Shown here piece after piece: positions 27,705 through 38,273 of a DNA stretch of 64,000 nt. Positions within the stretch are counted from its first letter, which is position 1. Every line of letters begins with the position of its first letter. The translations under genes were made by a program, and so were the position numbers. The notes beneath the pieces were generated by a model. It saw nothing but the letters and a program-made list of their open reading frames with translations. It did no database searches and was not told where the DNA came from. The DNA comes from Opitutia bacterium (lineage in GTDB: Bacteria; Verrucomicrobiota; Verrucomicrobiia; Opitutales; T3Sed10-336): assembly GCA_050506795.1 (NCBI GenBank), contig JBJHCF010000007.1, positions 1-64,000 on the forward strand, in the 5' to 3' direction.

Positions 27705-29360
27705 TCAACGCTCAGCCAACCGGGCGCGCTCGGCGTCCCATTGGCGGTAAAGCCGATTCTGCCGGTTGGCCCGTGCGGTTTCGGCGCCCTGGCGCAGGAC
27801 CTCGATCCGGACGGGTCGCGAGAGATCGGAGATATCCAGCACCCGGCGAAAGCCATCCAGCGCCAGGGCGCTCGCACCGCGCTGGTTAAGGAACGCTAGA
27901 ATCTCCAGGAACGCGCCGGCCTGCAGGTCGCCGATCGGGTCCACCGAACCGACGAAGTCCAACCGCTCGATCGCGCGGGCGACATTTCCTTCCGCATCGT
28001 AAAGACGGGCCAGGGCAAACGCCAGGGGGATTCGCGGATCCTCGGCATACGCTTCCTCCCCCAAGCGAATGGCCGCCTCCCGCTCCCCGCGGTCCACCAT
28101 CTGATTCATACGCCGGATCACCGCGTACTGCCGCAGACCGTCATCATCATCCCCGCTTTCCAACTGCCGCTCCAGCCCCACCTGAAATGGACGGTAGAGC
28201 GGATCTCCCACCAGAACGGCCTGCCAACTGAGCGCCGGCAGACTATAATAAGCCGCTTCCCCGAGGGTTTGGCCGCGACTCAGTGCTTCCAGCAAGAGGT
28301 CGGGCCGGTGGGTCAGCTCAAGATAGGGCTCGAAGACATTGCCCACCGTGGCGGCCGCTCCGCCCGCCACCAACGGGCCTACCCAGCGACTGTCGGTGGA
28401 ACGTACCGTGGTGGCGGAAAAACTGTGAATGTGCAACGCCACCGCCCCCGGCGCGAATCGAAAGCCGTCCAGGGTAAACGGCCCGGAGACATCCTGCGAG
28501 TACCAGCCGAAATACAACACCGGAGCATCGAAACGATCGGTCGGCCTCAGGTCCGTGTCTTCATCGAACACCGACAGGTCGAACCCCAACTGTTCGATGC
28601 GACGAACGGTCGCCCCCAGCCATTCGTCACCCAGGGGATGCGGACCGCCCAGATCGATGTAGGCCCGGCCGCGCAATCCCCGTTTTTCGGCCTCCAGGGC
28701 TCCATCGACCAGACTACGGGCATCGTCCGCGGTCGGTCCGTCCAACCGGGCCACCCGGATGACTGAAGCGCGCTGCTCAGGACGGGGAAACCGGGCTTCA
28801 AACAGGGGATTGGGCACGTAAGCGTTGATGTGGTATGCGGTATGACTGAGCAAAGCCAATTGGGCGTCAACCGACCCCCGATTGGTGCGCAGAGCCTCGG
28901 GGATCTGTTCGCGGATGGCATCCGGCAGACGGGAATCATCATGTCGAATGCGAAGGGGCACTCCATGACAGACCACCAGGTATTCGATGCGATGCCCCGA
29001 AGTGGTGTGAAGCACGCGACCGTCCGGATCCCGGCGATCACCCGGCGTCCCTTGCAGCCAGCGACGCTCCAGCAACTCGGCCTTCAAGGGATTGTGAATG
29101 GAATCGATGTACTGCTCCCAGGTGACGGTTTCCGAACGCGGAGCCGACACCAGGAAGAGGTTTTCCTCCGGGATATCACGTCGCTCCATATAATACTCCG
29201 CCAACGCCACGGAATCGGGAACGTTCCGGTTGGCGAGCACCAGCGTGCGGTCGGCCGAGGCCAAAGCGGTCAGACACCCGCCGAGCGTTAAAAGAAAACA
29301 TCCCGTGATTAGCAACCGCCGAAACCAACGGGCTGAAGGACCCAACAAGCGATACAACAT
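27705..29360 (-). CDS. TIGR03790-family protein with C-terminal TPR-like helices
   Basis: LVLAN..DS..LAEYY..R.IP, ARLDGP, YFGWY, F.PGAVALHIHSFSA, ATVGNVFEPYL, LSWQAVLVGDPLYRPF. Confidence 0.8.
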   Translation of the reverse strand: MLYRLLGPSARWFRRLLITGCFLLTLGGCLTALASADRTLVLANRNVPDSVALAEYYMERRDIPEENLFLVSAPRSETVTWEQYIDSIHNPLKAELLERRWLQGTPGDRRDPDGRVLHTTSGHRIEYLVVCHGVPLRIRHDDSRLPDAIREQIPEALRTNRGSVDAQLALLSHTAYHINAYVPNPLFEARFPRPEQRASVIRVARLDGPTADDARSLVDGALEAEKRGLRGRAYIDLGGPHPLGDEWLGATVRRIEQLGFDLSVFDEDTDLRPTDRFDAPVLYFGWYSQDVSGPFTLDGFRFAPGAVALHIHSFSATTVRSTDSRWVGPLVAGGAAATVGNVFEPYLELTHRPDLLLEALSRGQTLGEAAYYSLPALSWQAVLVGDPLYRPFQVGLERQLESGDDDDGLRQYAVIRRMNQMVDRGEREAAIRLGEEAYAEDPRIPLAFALARLYDAEGNVARAIERLDFVGSVDPIGDLQAGAFLEILAFLNQRGASALALDGFRRVLDISDLSRPVRIEVLRQGAETARANRQNRLYRQWDAERARLAER

Positions 29361-29435
29361 GACAACCCCTTTAGTGTGGTACATTTTCGGCCGGGCGCAA
29401 GAAGACGATAAAAGCCCGCGGATTCGCCCCCGAAC

Positions 29436-30530
29436 TTATCTCTGGTTCCGCGACTGCGTCAACGAACGGTCGAATTGGCCGACGGCGTCGGCCAGCGACC
29501 GAGCCAGCCGGGCGCGATAGGCGATGGATCCGATACGGCGGGCTTCCTCCGGATTCGACAGGTAACCGGCCTCAACCAGCACCGCGGGCGCCTCCACCTC
29601 CCGCAACACGCTGAAGCGAGCCCGCTTGATGCCACGGTCGAAGGTCTGCAGATCGTGGAGCAACTGCCGTTGCACGTAGAAGGCAAGCAGGGCGTTCCAG
29701 TGGTCGTATTCATTCCCCGGATGCACAGCCGAATCGCCGGTGCTGGTCTGGCCTTGTCCGGTGGACCGGTGGTGGCGCGGCGTGAGGAGAAACGTCTCGG
29801 TTCCGTTGACCGTGGGATTGTCGACCGCGTTGAAGTGAATGCTGATAAACAAGTCCGCCCGCGCCCGATTGGCCAGGGCGGCGCGCTGTTCGAGCGATAG
29901 GTAGCGGTCGTCCTCCCGGGTTAATATCACCCGGTATCCACGAGAAGCCAGCAGTTCGCGCAGCCTGAGAGCCACATCGAGCGCCATGTCTTTTTCCAGC
30001 AGACCGAAAGCCGCACTGCGCGTTCCCGGGTCCCGGCCTCCATGCCCGGGATCGAGCACGATGGTCTGCAGGTCCCGCGACGGCGCCGGACCTTGCGACG
30101 GCGACAAGAGCGGCCGGATCATACTTTCGTAGTCGATTCGGCTCAGACGGTAAAGGCCGCCGTCGGTGCGGACCCCCTCCCCGAGAAAAATACGGATTCC
30201 GTTAAAGTGAATCACCCGGCTGTTGGCCTCGAACTGGATCCGGAGCCCCGGGTCCCGGGCCAGGACCATTTGCCCCGGGCGTCCGGGAACCACCTCCAAG
30301 CCGGCCGCGGCGGCCACCTCCGGAAGCGCCAGGTAACCGGGCAGCGCCGATATCACCGGCGGAAGCGGCGTCGCGTTCGTGTTCACTCTCGGTTCAGCCG
30401 GACGAGTCGGCGCGCTGAGCACTGGCTCGCCGGACAGGCCGGCCGCATGGAGAAAGAGAACCAGGGAGACCCAGAAAAAGCGGCCCTTCGCCACCGGGCA
30501 TGTCCCCTGACCCCGCCTCACCCCGATCAC
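29436..30530 (-). CDS. N-acetylmuramoyl-L-alanine amidase (Amidase_3)
   Basis: LDPGHGGRDPG..EK, LTREDD, FISIHFNA, PAVLVEAGYLSN; GTGA overlap with infC stop. Confidence 0.93.
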   Translation of the reverse strand: MIGVRRGQGTCPVAKGRFFWVSLVLFLHAAGLSGEPVLSAPTRPAEPRVNTNATPLPPVISALPGYLALPEVAAAAGLEVVPGRPGQMVLARDPGLRIQFEANSRVIHFNGIRIFLGEGVRTDGGLYRLSRIDYESMIRPLLSPSQGPAPSRDLQTIVLDPGHGGRDPGTRSAAFGLLEKDMALDVALRLRELLASRGYRVILTREDDRYLSLEQRAALANRARADLFISIHFNAVDNPTVNGTETFLLTPRHHRSTGQGQTSTGDSAVHPGNEYDHWNALLAFYVQRQLLHDLQTFDRGIKRARFSVLREVEAPAVLVEAGYLSNPEEARRIGSIAYRARLARSLADAVGQFDRSLTQSRNQR

Positions 30531-31135
30531 TCCTGTTCTTCCGTCTCGGGTTCTACCTCCTCGACGTTGTACTTCAACTTTCGCTTGTTTTCCGGCAACG
30601 GCGACATCATGGCGTTAATGCGATTACCCATGATCCGAGGTTCGAAGTCCGAAGTGCCGATATGAGTCAGGTCGTTCATGGCCCGCTCCATGGTTTCCAT
30701 GGCGATATCCTTAAACTGATTCTCCCGTCCGCGCAGGGTCAGGGTAAGTTTCACTTTGAAGCCCTTGTTCAGGAACTCCTCCGCATGGCGCAGCTTGGTA
30801 ATATAATCGTGCTGTTCGATACGGACGCGGAACTTGACCTCTTTGATCTTGCTCGCGGTCGACTTGCTGTCCTTGGACTTCTTGCTCTGTTCATACATGA
30901 ACTTGCCGAAATCCAGGATGCGGCATACCGATGGCTTGGCCTGCGGGGCCACCTCGACGAGGTCCAATCCCAGCTTCTTCGCCAAGTCCAGTGCGTCACG
31001 GGTCGCCATGACCCCCAACTGCTGGTCGTCCGGACCTATCACCCGGACCTCACGTAAACGAATACGTTCGTTCTTGCGGTATTTGAATGTGCGGTTGTTA
31101 CGGAAGTTGCGTCCGTGATGTCTGGGATGGGCCAT
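30527..31135 (-). CDS. infC: Translation initiation factor IF-3
   Basis: NERIR..EVRVIG, LDLVEVAP.AKPSVCRILDFGKF.YE, KEVKFR, LRGRE. Confidence 0.96.
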   Translation of the reverse strand: MAHPRHHGRNFRNNRTFKYRKNERIRLREVRVIGPDDQQLGVMATRDALDLAKKLGLDLVEVAPQAKPSVCRILDFGKFMYEQSKKSKDSKSTASKIKEVKFRVRIEQHDYITKLRHAEEFLNKGFKVKLTLTLRGRENQFKDIAMETMERAMNDLTHIGTSDFEPRIMGNRINAMMSPLPENKRKLKYNVEEVEPETEEQE

Positions 31136-31255
31136 TAAAATGTAATCGGTATATTCGCTTTCCCGGTCACTCTGTGGTGATACCGGAGTAAATTTCAACC
31201 CTTTTCCCGCCGGGAAAAGCCGCTTTCAGCAAATACCGGGAAAAGCATAAGCGGG

Positions 31256-31627
31256 TTATATGGAGAAACTCTCGCCACAGGAGCAACTCGCCTTGGCGTT
31301 GGGGTTGGAAAACTCGAACCCGCCGGCGATCATCGCGTGCGAGTAATCCAAAACAGTTCCCTTGAGGTATAAGGCGCTCTTGCTGTCCACGAGCACCTGG
31401 ACGTCGTCCGCACGCACCAGAATATCGCCCCGGCGGGCTTCGGACACGAACTTGAGCTTGTAGGAGAGCCCGTTGCAGCCCCCGCCGCTGATTCCGACCC
31501 GCAGGTAGCGGGCGTCCTCTTCGCGGGCGATCAGATCCCGCACCTTGGCGCGCGCGGACTCGGTCAGACGGATCAACCGTTCATCGGCTTCGCGGATTGC
31601 AGGCGGGCTGGCGGTGTGAGTCGACAT
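31256..31627 (-). CDS. HesB/IscA/ErpA A-type Fe-S carrier protein
   Basis: GGGCNGLSY, LDY, F.NPNAKASCSCGESF. Confidence 0.95.
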   Translation of the reverse strand: MSTHTASPPAIREADERLIRLTESARAKVRDLIAREEDARYLRVGISGGGCNGLSYKLKFVSEARRGDILVRADDVQVLVDSKSALYLKGTVLDYSHAMIAGGFEFSNPNAKASCSCGESFSI

Positions 31628-31662
31628 AAAACAAATTCATCGTAATCGATTCGGCGACGAGT

Positions 31663-32589
31663 TCAAGCTTCGCGAGCAGGTCGCCCGAAACGGAGGGCAA
31701 AATCGATCGCGCGGGAAATGCTGCCGCTCCGGGCCGTGCCCCGCCCGGCCAAATCGAATGCCGTACCGTGATCGGGACTAACCCGCAGCCAGGGAAGCCC
31801 GAGCGTCACATTGACCGCCGTTTCGAATTCGATCGCCTTGAGGGGAGCCAGGCCCTGGTCGTGGTAAAGCGCCACCACCACGTGGAATTCACCACGCAGT
31901 GCGCGCCAGAACACCGTGTCCCCCGGCAGGGCAGTGGAAAGTCCGGGAAATTCGTCCCGGAGTTCGGTCAGGAAAGGATCGATCCAGGCCCGCTCCTCCT
32001 CCCCCAGCAACCCGTTCTCGCCGGCGTGGGGATTGAGCCCGCAGACCGCGATCCGCGGTTCGAGTATTCCCCTCCGCGCCGACAACTCCGCGGCCGCCCG
32101 CACGGCCCGCTCCAGGCAAGGTTTATCGAGACATTGCGGCACCTGGGCCAGGGGAAGGTGCCAGGTCGCCAACACCAGATGCAGCCGTTCGCCGGTGAAA
32201 CCCATCACCGGCGTGGCCCCCCAGCGATCCCCGAAAAACTCGGTCTGCCCTGGAAACGGAAACCCCGCCCGCTGCAGCCAGGTCTTGCTCACCGGACCTG
32301 TGACGGCCGCGCTGAAATTTCCGTCGCGGCACCCCTGAGCCGCGTTTTCGAGACACTGCCAGGCGAGATGGGCGCCCTCGACGTCCGGGTGGCCGGGAGT
32401 CGCCCGGAATCCGGGATCCCCCACCGGAAAACTTTGATAATCGGCGAGCGCCGTCATTGCCTCCAACCAGGAGGCATGGCCCACCAGCGCCACCGAACCG
32501 GCCAGTTCCGGACGAGCCCGCGCCCAATCCAAGAGGATTTCCGGGCCGATTCCGGCGGGATCACCGCAGGTGACCGCCACCCGGCTCAT
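31663..32589 (-). CDS. pdxA: 4-hydroxythreonine-4-phosphate dehydrogenase
   Basis: GDPAGIGPE, GLNPHAGE.G, YHDQGL.PLK, NVTLGLP..RVSPDHGTAFD; ATGA overlap with lpxA. Confidence 0.94.
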   Translation of the reverse strand: MSRVAVTCGDPAGIGPEILLDWARARPELAGSVALVGHASWLEAMTALADYQSFPVGDPGFRATPGHPDVEGAHLAWQCLENAAQGCRDGNFSAAVTGPVSKTWLQRAGFPFPGQTEFFGDRWGATPVMGFTGERLHLVLATWHLPLAQVPQCLDKPCLERAVRAAAELSARRGILEPRIAVCGLNPHAGENGLLGEEERAWIDPFLTELRDEFPGLSTALPGDTVFWRALRGEFHVVVALYHDQGLAPLKAIEFETAVNVTLGLPWLRVSPDHGTAFDLAGRGTARSGSISRAIDFALRFGRPAREA

Positions 32590-33371
32590 GGGAAAACGCA
32601 CCCCCGGCGACCGTCGAGAAAGAATTCAAAGAAGCGCCGCCGCCACTCCGGTGCCGCCAGGTTATCCTGCAAGTGCCGCCGCGCTTTGTCGCGCAGCGGT
32701 CCCGGTTCGGCATAAAACTCACGCAACATCCGCTTGTACGTATCGATTTCGCCGGCGGAGAGTCCACTTCGCTTGAGCCCCACCAGGTTCAGACCCAGAA
32801 CCCGGTTGCGCTCAATCACGGAAAGCCCGGGCGGAATGTCCTTGGTGATGGCCGCGTTGCCGCCCACCATAACAGTGTCACCCAGGCGGCAGAACTGATG
32901 AATTCCCGCGCCGCCGCCGATAAAAACGCGCGCCCCGACATGAACGTGCCCGGCCAGCAACGCACCGTTGGCCATAACCACGTCATCACCCACATCACAA
33001 TCGTGAGCGACATGGGAGAAAGCCATCAGGTACACCCGCTCGCCCAGACGGGTCACTCCGCCTTCGCGGGTCGATCGATGAACCGTCACGCCCTCGCGCA
33101 GCACCGAATCCGCCCCCACCTCAACCCGCGAGGCGATCGACGAATCAAAGGATCGATCCTGCGGATCACCGCCGACCACCGCACCGCTGCAAATCCGCAC
33201 GGAGGGACCGATATTGCTCCATCGCTTGACCACCACATGGCTTTCCAGGCAGCAATGTTCTCCCAGAACCGCGTCGGACTCGACGACGCAATAGGGACCG
33301 ACCTCGCACCCGTTTCCCAGGCTGACGCTACGGTCGATGATGGCACTGGCGTGAATTTTTCCCACAATCAT
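32586..33371 (-). CDS. lpxA: Acyl-ACP--UDP-N-acetylglucosamine O-acyltransferase (LpxA or paralog)
   Basis: Hexapeptide repeats, GGDPQD, RE.VTVHR.T, MAFSHVAHDC, LAGHV, IHQFCR, GLNLVGLKR. Confidence 0.9.
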   Translation of the reverse strand: MIVGKIHASAIIDRSVSLGNGCEVGPYCVVESDAVLGEHCCLESHVVVKRWSNIGPSVRICSGAVVGGDPQDRSFDSSIASRVEVGADSVLREGVTVHRSTREGGVTRLGERVYLMAFSHVAHDCDVGDDVVMANGALLAGHVHVGARVFIGGGAGIHQFCRLGDTVMVGGNAAITKDIPPGLSVIERNRVLGLNLVGLKRSGLSAGEIDTYKRMLREFYAEPGPLRDKARRHLQDNLAAPEWRRRFFEFFLDGRRGCVFP

Positions 33372-33492
33372 TCACTATGGCGGGTCGCCGCGGGATTGGA
33401 ACCGCAAAATCCGCGCCAAGGAATCGCCGGCCGGCGGATTTTTTCCAGTTCCAGGATTGAATCCCCTGCCAACCGGCATCTAATATCCGCCC

Positions 33493-35085
33493 ATGAAAGA
33501 CCCAGCGCAGAACGGACCGGCTCTCGGCGACGACGATTTCTACAAACCCGCGGATCATTTCTTCTCCGCCAACGCCGACACGGCACTGACCTTCGACGAC
33601 GTCACCCTGGCCACCCGTTATTCGGCGATCCTGCCCCGCGAAACCAATCTCGCGACTTCGCTGACGGACTCAATCCGGCTGCACATTCCGATCGTGTCTT
33701 CGGACATGGACACCGTGACCGAATCCAGAATGGCCATCGCCATGGCGTTGAATGGCGGACTGGGGTTGATACACTTCAACATGTCCCCGGACCAGCAGGT
33801 GCGGCAGGTATCGCGGACCAAACACCATATACACGGTCTGATCCAGGATCCGATCACGGTGTCCCCGGACCTGCTGGTGGGCGACGTGCTGGAACTGATC
33901 GCCAAGAAAAAGTACGGCTTCCGCACCTTCCCGGTGATCGAAAAGGACGGCGAACTGCTGGGGCTGCTGACCGGCCACACGGTCCGGGATCGCTACCGCA
34001 ACCGCACCGTCAAGGAGGCGATGACGCCGCGCGAAAACCTATTCACCCTGCACGAAAAGGAAATCGGCAGCAACCCGATCGAAGTGGCCGACCGCTTTTT
34101 CACGCAGAACATCGGTATCCACAAGCTGCTGGTTGTGGATGACGACCGGAAACTGCGGGGTCTGGTGACGCTGTCGGATATCGAACAGATCATGGCCGAG
34201 GCCAGCGCCTTGCGCAAACCGAGCCGCGACAGCTCCTTTCGCCTGATGGTGGGAGCCGCGCTTTCTCCCATGCGCAAAACTTCGGGTGAACTCGACCGGG
34301 ACCGCACCATCGAACACGTCGGCCGCCTGGTGGATGAGGCTCTGGACGTGGTTGCGGTCTCCACCGCCCACGGAGCCACCGAAAGCGTGGGGAACACGAT
34401 CAGGATGATCCGCGACGCCTTTCCGGATCTGCCCATTATCGCGGGCAACGTCACCAGCGGCCAGGGAGTCGAGTTCCTGGCGGATTGCGGCGCCAACATC
34501 ATCAAGGTGGGACAGGGATCGGGCTCGATCTGCACCACCCGCCTGGTGGCCGGCGTGGGAATTCCTCAGCTCACCGCCCTCTATGTCGCCTCCAGGGCCG
34601 CGGCCCGGAAGGGGGTAAAGATCCTTTCGGACGGCGGTATTTCCAAATCGGGCGACATCGTGAAAGCGCTCACCCTGGCCGACGGCGTCATTTGCGGAAG
34701 CATTCTCGCGGGGTGCCGGGAAGCACCCGGGGAAATCGTGGAAATCGGGGGCAAGCTGTACAAACAATACCGGGGGATGGGGAGCATGGCCGCCATGAAA
34801 ACCGGTTCCGCCGCCCGATACGGGCACCAAAAAAACGATACCTCCCGAAAGATCGCCGCGGAGGGGATCGAGGCGCTGAAGGAAGTTTCCGGCAGTCTGG
34901 ACAACGTCATGGCTGAACTGACCGGCGGTATTCAATCCGGCATGGGTTATCTCGGGGCGCGCAACCTGGAGGAACTCCGTGCAAACGCCCGTTATATTCG
35001 CATCAGCATGGCCGGACTGCGTGAAGCATCACCTCACGATGTGGTTGAAGTTTCCACCCGGACGGGCGCCGACGAAAACGGATAA
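33493..35085 (+). CDS. guaB: IMP dehydrogenase with CBS pair
   Basis: [38 protein letters not shown]. Confidence 0.95.
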   Translation: MKDPAQNGPALGDDDFYKPADHFFSANADTALTFDDVTLATRYSAILPRETNLATSLTDSIRLHIPIVSSDMDTVTESRMAIAMALNGGLGLIHFNMSPDQQVRQVSRTKHHIHGLIQDPITVSPDLLVGDVLELIAKKKYGFRTFPVIEKDGELLGLLTGHTVRDRYRNRTVKEAMTPRENLFTLHEKEIGSNPIEVADRFFTQNIGIHKLLVVDDDRKLRGLVTLSDIEQIMAEASALRKPSRDSSFRLMVGAALSPMRKTSGELDRDRTIEHVGRLVDEALDVVAVSTAHGATESVGNTIRMIRDAFPDLPIIAGNVTSGQGVEFLADCGANIIKVGQGSGSICTTRLVAGVGIPQLTALYVASRAAARKGVKILSDGGISKSGDIVKALTLADGVICGSILAGCREAPGEIVEIGGKLYKQYRGMGSMAAMKTGSAARYGHQKNDTSRKIAAEGIEALKEVSGSLDNVMAELTGGIQSGMGYLGARNLEELRANARYIRISMAGLREASPHDVVEVSTRTGADENG

Positions 35086-35120
35086 CGGCGACCCCAGCTC
35101 CCGGGAAGGCCCGAACTGCG

Positions 35121-35396
35121 TCAGAGAGGCATCACCTTGGCCGCCGACCAAGCCCGGCGGTACACCGCCACCACTTCCTCGCTGGAGGTCACCTGACGCT
35201 CCACCGTGAGCGCCACGTAACGTCCGCCCGACGAATGCCGGGTGCGAACGGCGTCGTCCGCGAAAAGCTCCAGGATCTCGGGATAATCCACCCGTGCGAC
35301 GATAAACTTAAAGGTGAAGGTGCAGGGCCAATGGTAAAAACCATCAAGGGTGTCGCGGAAACTCTCCTCGTCCGTGCGTCCCGTGAAAACCTGCAT
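35121..35396 (-). CDS. DUF493/YbeD-like small protein
   Basis: WPCTFTFKFIV ... SSGGRYVALT pattern. Confidence 0.7.
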   Translation of the reverse strand: MQVFTGRTDEESFRDTLDGFYHWPCTFTFKFIVARVDYPEILELFADDAVRTRHSSGGRYVALTVERQVTSSEEVVAVYRRAWSAAKVMPL

Positions 35397-35597
35397 TCGC
35401 CATCCTACCATTGAATAGCTCGCTTGAAAACCGCACGTCACGGTTTTTTAGCCATCCACCGGCCAAACGCGGGCTGCAAGGGATGCCCAGCGTTGACCAA
35501 CGAACGCGTAGCCGAAACGGCAATCAAAGGCAATAATCGCCACCGCACCGCGGACCATCCGCGTCCGGGCGAAATCCGAATCAGAAACCTTTAGACC

Positions 35598-37010
35598 ATG
35601 CCGTACTCACTCAGCAATGAATCCTCGGCGCCGCCGCCGGCGCATTCGGGAATAGATGTGAACCTTTTGCGTAAATACAACGTGCCGGGACCACGTTACA
35701 CCTCCTATCCGACGGCATTAAGATTTTCAGAGGAGGTCGACTCCGCAACCCTGCTCGATGATCTTCAACAATCGGCGAGGGACAAGAACCCGCTCTCGCT
35801 GTACTTCCACCTTCCTTTCTGCCAAAGCGCCTGCTGGTTCTGCGGGTGCACCCGAATTATCACGAGAAATCCCACCGCGCCCGATCGCTACCTCGATTAC
35901 CTGCAAAAGGAAATCGAGCTGACCCGGCCGCATATCGGAGAGGATCGGCAGGCGGTCCAAATGCACTTCGGAGGCGGGACTCCCACCTATTTCGCGCCCG
36001 ACCAGGTGGCCCGCCTGGGCGAGTTGATACGCGACAATTTTTCCTTGGCGCCCAACGCTGAAAACAGCGTGGAGGTTGATCCCCGACGAATAGAACGCGA
36101 ACACCTCGATGCCTGGAGGGAACTGGGCTGCCAACGGGCTTCACTGGGCGTGCAGGACAACAACCCCCGGGTGCAGCAAGCCATCAATCGGATACAGCCG
36201 AAGGAGGTTACCGCGCAAGCGGTGCAATGGTTGAGGGAGGCGGGATTTCAGTCCATCAACATCGATCTCATCTACGGATTACCCTTCCAAACCGTGATGA
36301 CCTTTGACAACACGTTGGACGAAATTCTCGAGCTGGAACCGGACCGGCTGGCGGTGTTCAGTTACGCTCACGTTCCCTGGAGCAAGCCCGCCCAGAAGAT
36401 TCTCGACCGCCAGGGCGGCCTTCCGGACGCGACGGTCAAGCTGGCGATCCTCGAACGGGTGGCGGAACGTTTGGCCCAAGCGGGTTACGTTTATATCGGC
36501 ATGGACCATTTTGCCCGCGCCGGAGACGAGTTGGCGGTGGCGCAAAGGAACGGCACTCTGCAACGCAATTTCCAGGGCTACAGCACCCAGGCCGGAACCG
36601 AGATCCTGGGATTGGGCATGTCCGCCATATCACAGACCCCAAACAGCTATCGTCAAAACCACAAGGAACTGCGCAGCTACCAGGAGGCGCTGAAAGAGGG
36701 GCAATTGCCCTGGAGCCGCGGATATGTGCTCACCGCCGAGGATCACCGGAGACGCGACACGATTCATCGGTTGATGTGTGATTTGCGCCTCGACTTCGCG
36801 GAGCAGTCCGATCGCCTGGGCATTGATTTCAAAGCACGTTATGCCTCCGAACTGAACGCCCTGGGAAGCATGGAGAAAGACGGTTTGTTGCAGCGAACCA
36901 AGCGCGGGATCGAAGTCACCCCGGCGGGCCGTTTCCTCATCCGCAATATCGCGATGACTTTCGACGCCTACCTGGACCGATCCGCTTCCCGGTATTCAAG
37001 AACGGTTTAA
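35598..37010 (+). CDS. hemN: Oxygen-independent coproporphyrinogen III oxidase
   Basis: GPRYTSYPTA, LYFHLPFCQSACWFCGC, HFGGGTPT, IGMDHFA, RNFQGYST. Confidence 0.97.
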   Translation: MPYSLSNESSAPPPAHSGIDVNLLRKYNVPGPRYTSYPTALRFSEEVDSATLLDDLQQSARDKNPLSLYFHLPFCQSACWFCGCTRIITRNPTAPDRYLDYLQKEIELTRPHIGEDRQAVQMHFGGGTPTYFAPDQVARLGELIRDNFSLAPNAENSVEVDPRRIEREHLDAWRELGCQRASLGVQDNNPRVQQAINRIQPKEVTAQAVQWLREAGFQSINIDLIYGLPFQTVMTFDNTLDEILELEPDRLAVFSYAHVPWSKPAQKILDRQGGLPDATVKLAILERVAERLAQAGYVYIGMDHFARAGDELAVAQRNGTLQRNFQGYSTQAGTEILGLGMSAISQTPNSYRQNHKELRSYQEALKEGQLPWSRGYVLTAEDHRRRDTIHRLMCDLRLDFAEQSDRLGIDFKARYASELNALGSMEKDGLLQRTKRGIEVTPAGRFLIRNIAMTFDAYLDRSASRYSRTV

Positions 37011-37034
37011 TCCGCGTCGATCCAACGACGCCTT

Positions 37035-37970
37035 TTACGGGGCCGGGTTCCCGGAACCTCGGGACGGAAGCGAAGTATCACCGGGATGCCTCGTTTTGCG
37101 CCGGCGGTGACGGAAACCACCGGCCAACAGAAGCACGCCAACACCCGCCCAAAGCGCCACGGTTGCGGGCTCGGGAACGACCCCGACGATCCAGTCGTCA
37201 TAGGCGGAAACCCGCGTCGAAACAACCACGTCGCCATACGTTCCGAGATCGCCGCCGTTCATGTTCCAGATGAAGGAATGAACTCCGGCGACAACGAACA
37301 TGCCATAAGACTCGATAAATACCGGACCGCCGCTGTCCCCCTGGGCGGCGATTCCCTCCAATGGAAGCACATGGGAATCCTCCGGGCCGTAGAAGCGATA
37401 CTCCAAGGTGTTGATGGGTGCGGGAGGCGGCGTCAACGCGGAGTCCGTTCCGATCCGCTCCAAAAGACTTTCCCCGGCCCGCTTCACACCGGAAGTGTGG
37501 TTCTGACCGGTCAGGCCGGTTCCCGTACGCCCGTAACCGGCGAATACTCCAATTCGTCCCAGTTCGCTATTCCCGGTGTACCAACCGGCGGGCGCTATAT
37601 TCCGAACCGGTTCCGCCAATCGCACCAGGGCGATATCGTTTCCATCGAGCACATCGCCGGTCCAATTGGGGTGGGCGTAAAAAGCCTCCACCGCATATTG
37701 ATTTCCTCCGACCGTAAAGGTCCTGGGCGAAACCAGGCCGTTCCGCAAGTGGGCCGCGGTCAATACCCAGGAGGAACCGATCAGGACTCCGCTTCCCGAA
37801 TTCGAATTCGAACTCAACTGTCCCACGAACGGAAACTCCGCGGCGAAATCGATGTAGGCCTGATCGAGGACGTCGTGCCGGATAACAATGCCTTCGGCCG
37901 CGCCAATCGGCAGCAACAACATCCCCGCCAACAAACCTCCAAAATTAAATAAGAATCTCCCGTCCTTCAC
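37035..37970 (-). CDS. Trypsin-like serine protease with PEP-CTERM sorting signal
   Basis: WVLTAAH, DIALVRL, GDSGGP triad; VVPEPATVALWAGVGVLLLAGGFRHRRR tail; signal peptide. Confidence 0.92.
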   Translation of the reverse strand: MKDGRFLFNFGGLLAGMLLLPIGAAEGIVIRHDVLDQAYIDFAAEFPFVGQLSSNSNSGSGVLIGSSWVLTAAHLRNGLVSPRTFTVGGNQYAVEAFYAHPNWTGDVLDGNDIALVRLAEPVRNIAPAGWYTGNSELGRIGVFAGYGRTGTGLTGQNHTSGVKRAGESLLERIGTDSALTPPPAPINTLEYRFYGPEDSHVLPLEGIAAQGDSGGPVFIESYGMFVVAGVHSFIWNMNGGDLGTYGDVVVSTRVSAYDDWIVGVVPEPATVALWAGVGVLLLAGGFRHRRRKTRHPGDTSLPSRGSGNPAP

Positions 37971-38273
37971 CTTTGAGACACGGAAAGGGCGCTGAATCGG
38001 GCCGGCATCCGCTATTTTTACGACTTTTTAGCACAAAAATAGGCTTATTTAAAAGCAAAAAACTCACTAAATCACATCCGGGCCCCACGTCTTTTTCATT
38101 TGGCCTCTGAAGGCGGCATGAAAAAGCATTTCAGATCGAAAATTTGAAATTTGAGATTTTCCGCGAAGAAATGTGGATTAGAGAGCGCAAATAAAAACAC
38201 CGTTCATCCGAGTCCCGAAAGGCATGATCGGCGCTGGCGCAACGCGTCGTTGCGGGCCAGGGGTTGGCGGTTT

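Noticed and set aside
31200..31250. Repeated CCGGGAAAAGC and small hairpin between iscA and infC
   Set aside because: Too short to distinguish from a weak terminator or chance
32673..34142. 489-aa ORF spanning lpxA and guaB
   Set aside because: Chimera of an antisense frame and an alternative frame of two well-supported genes
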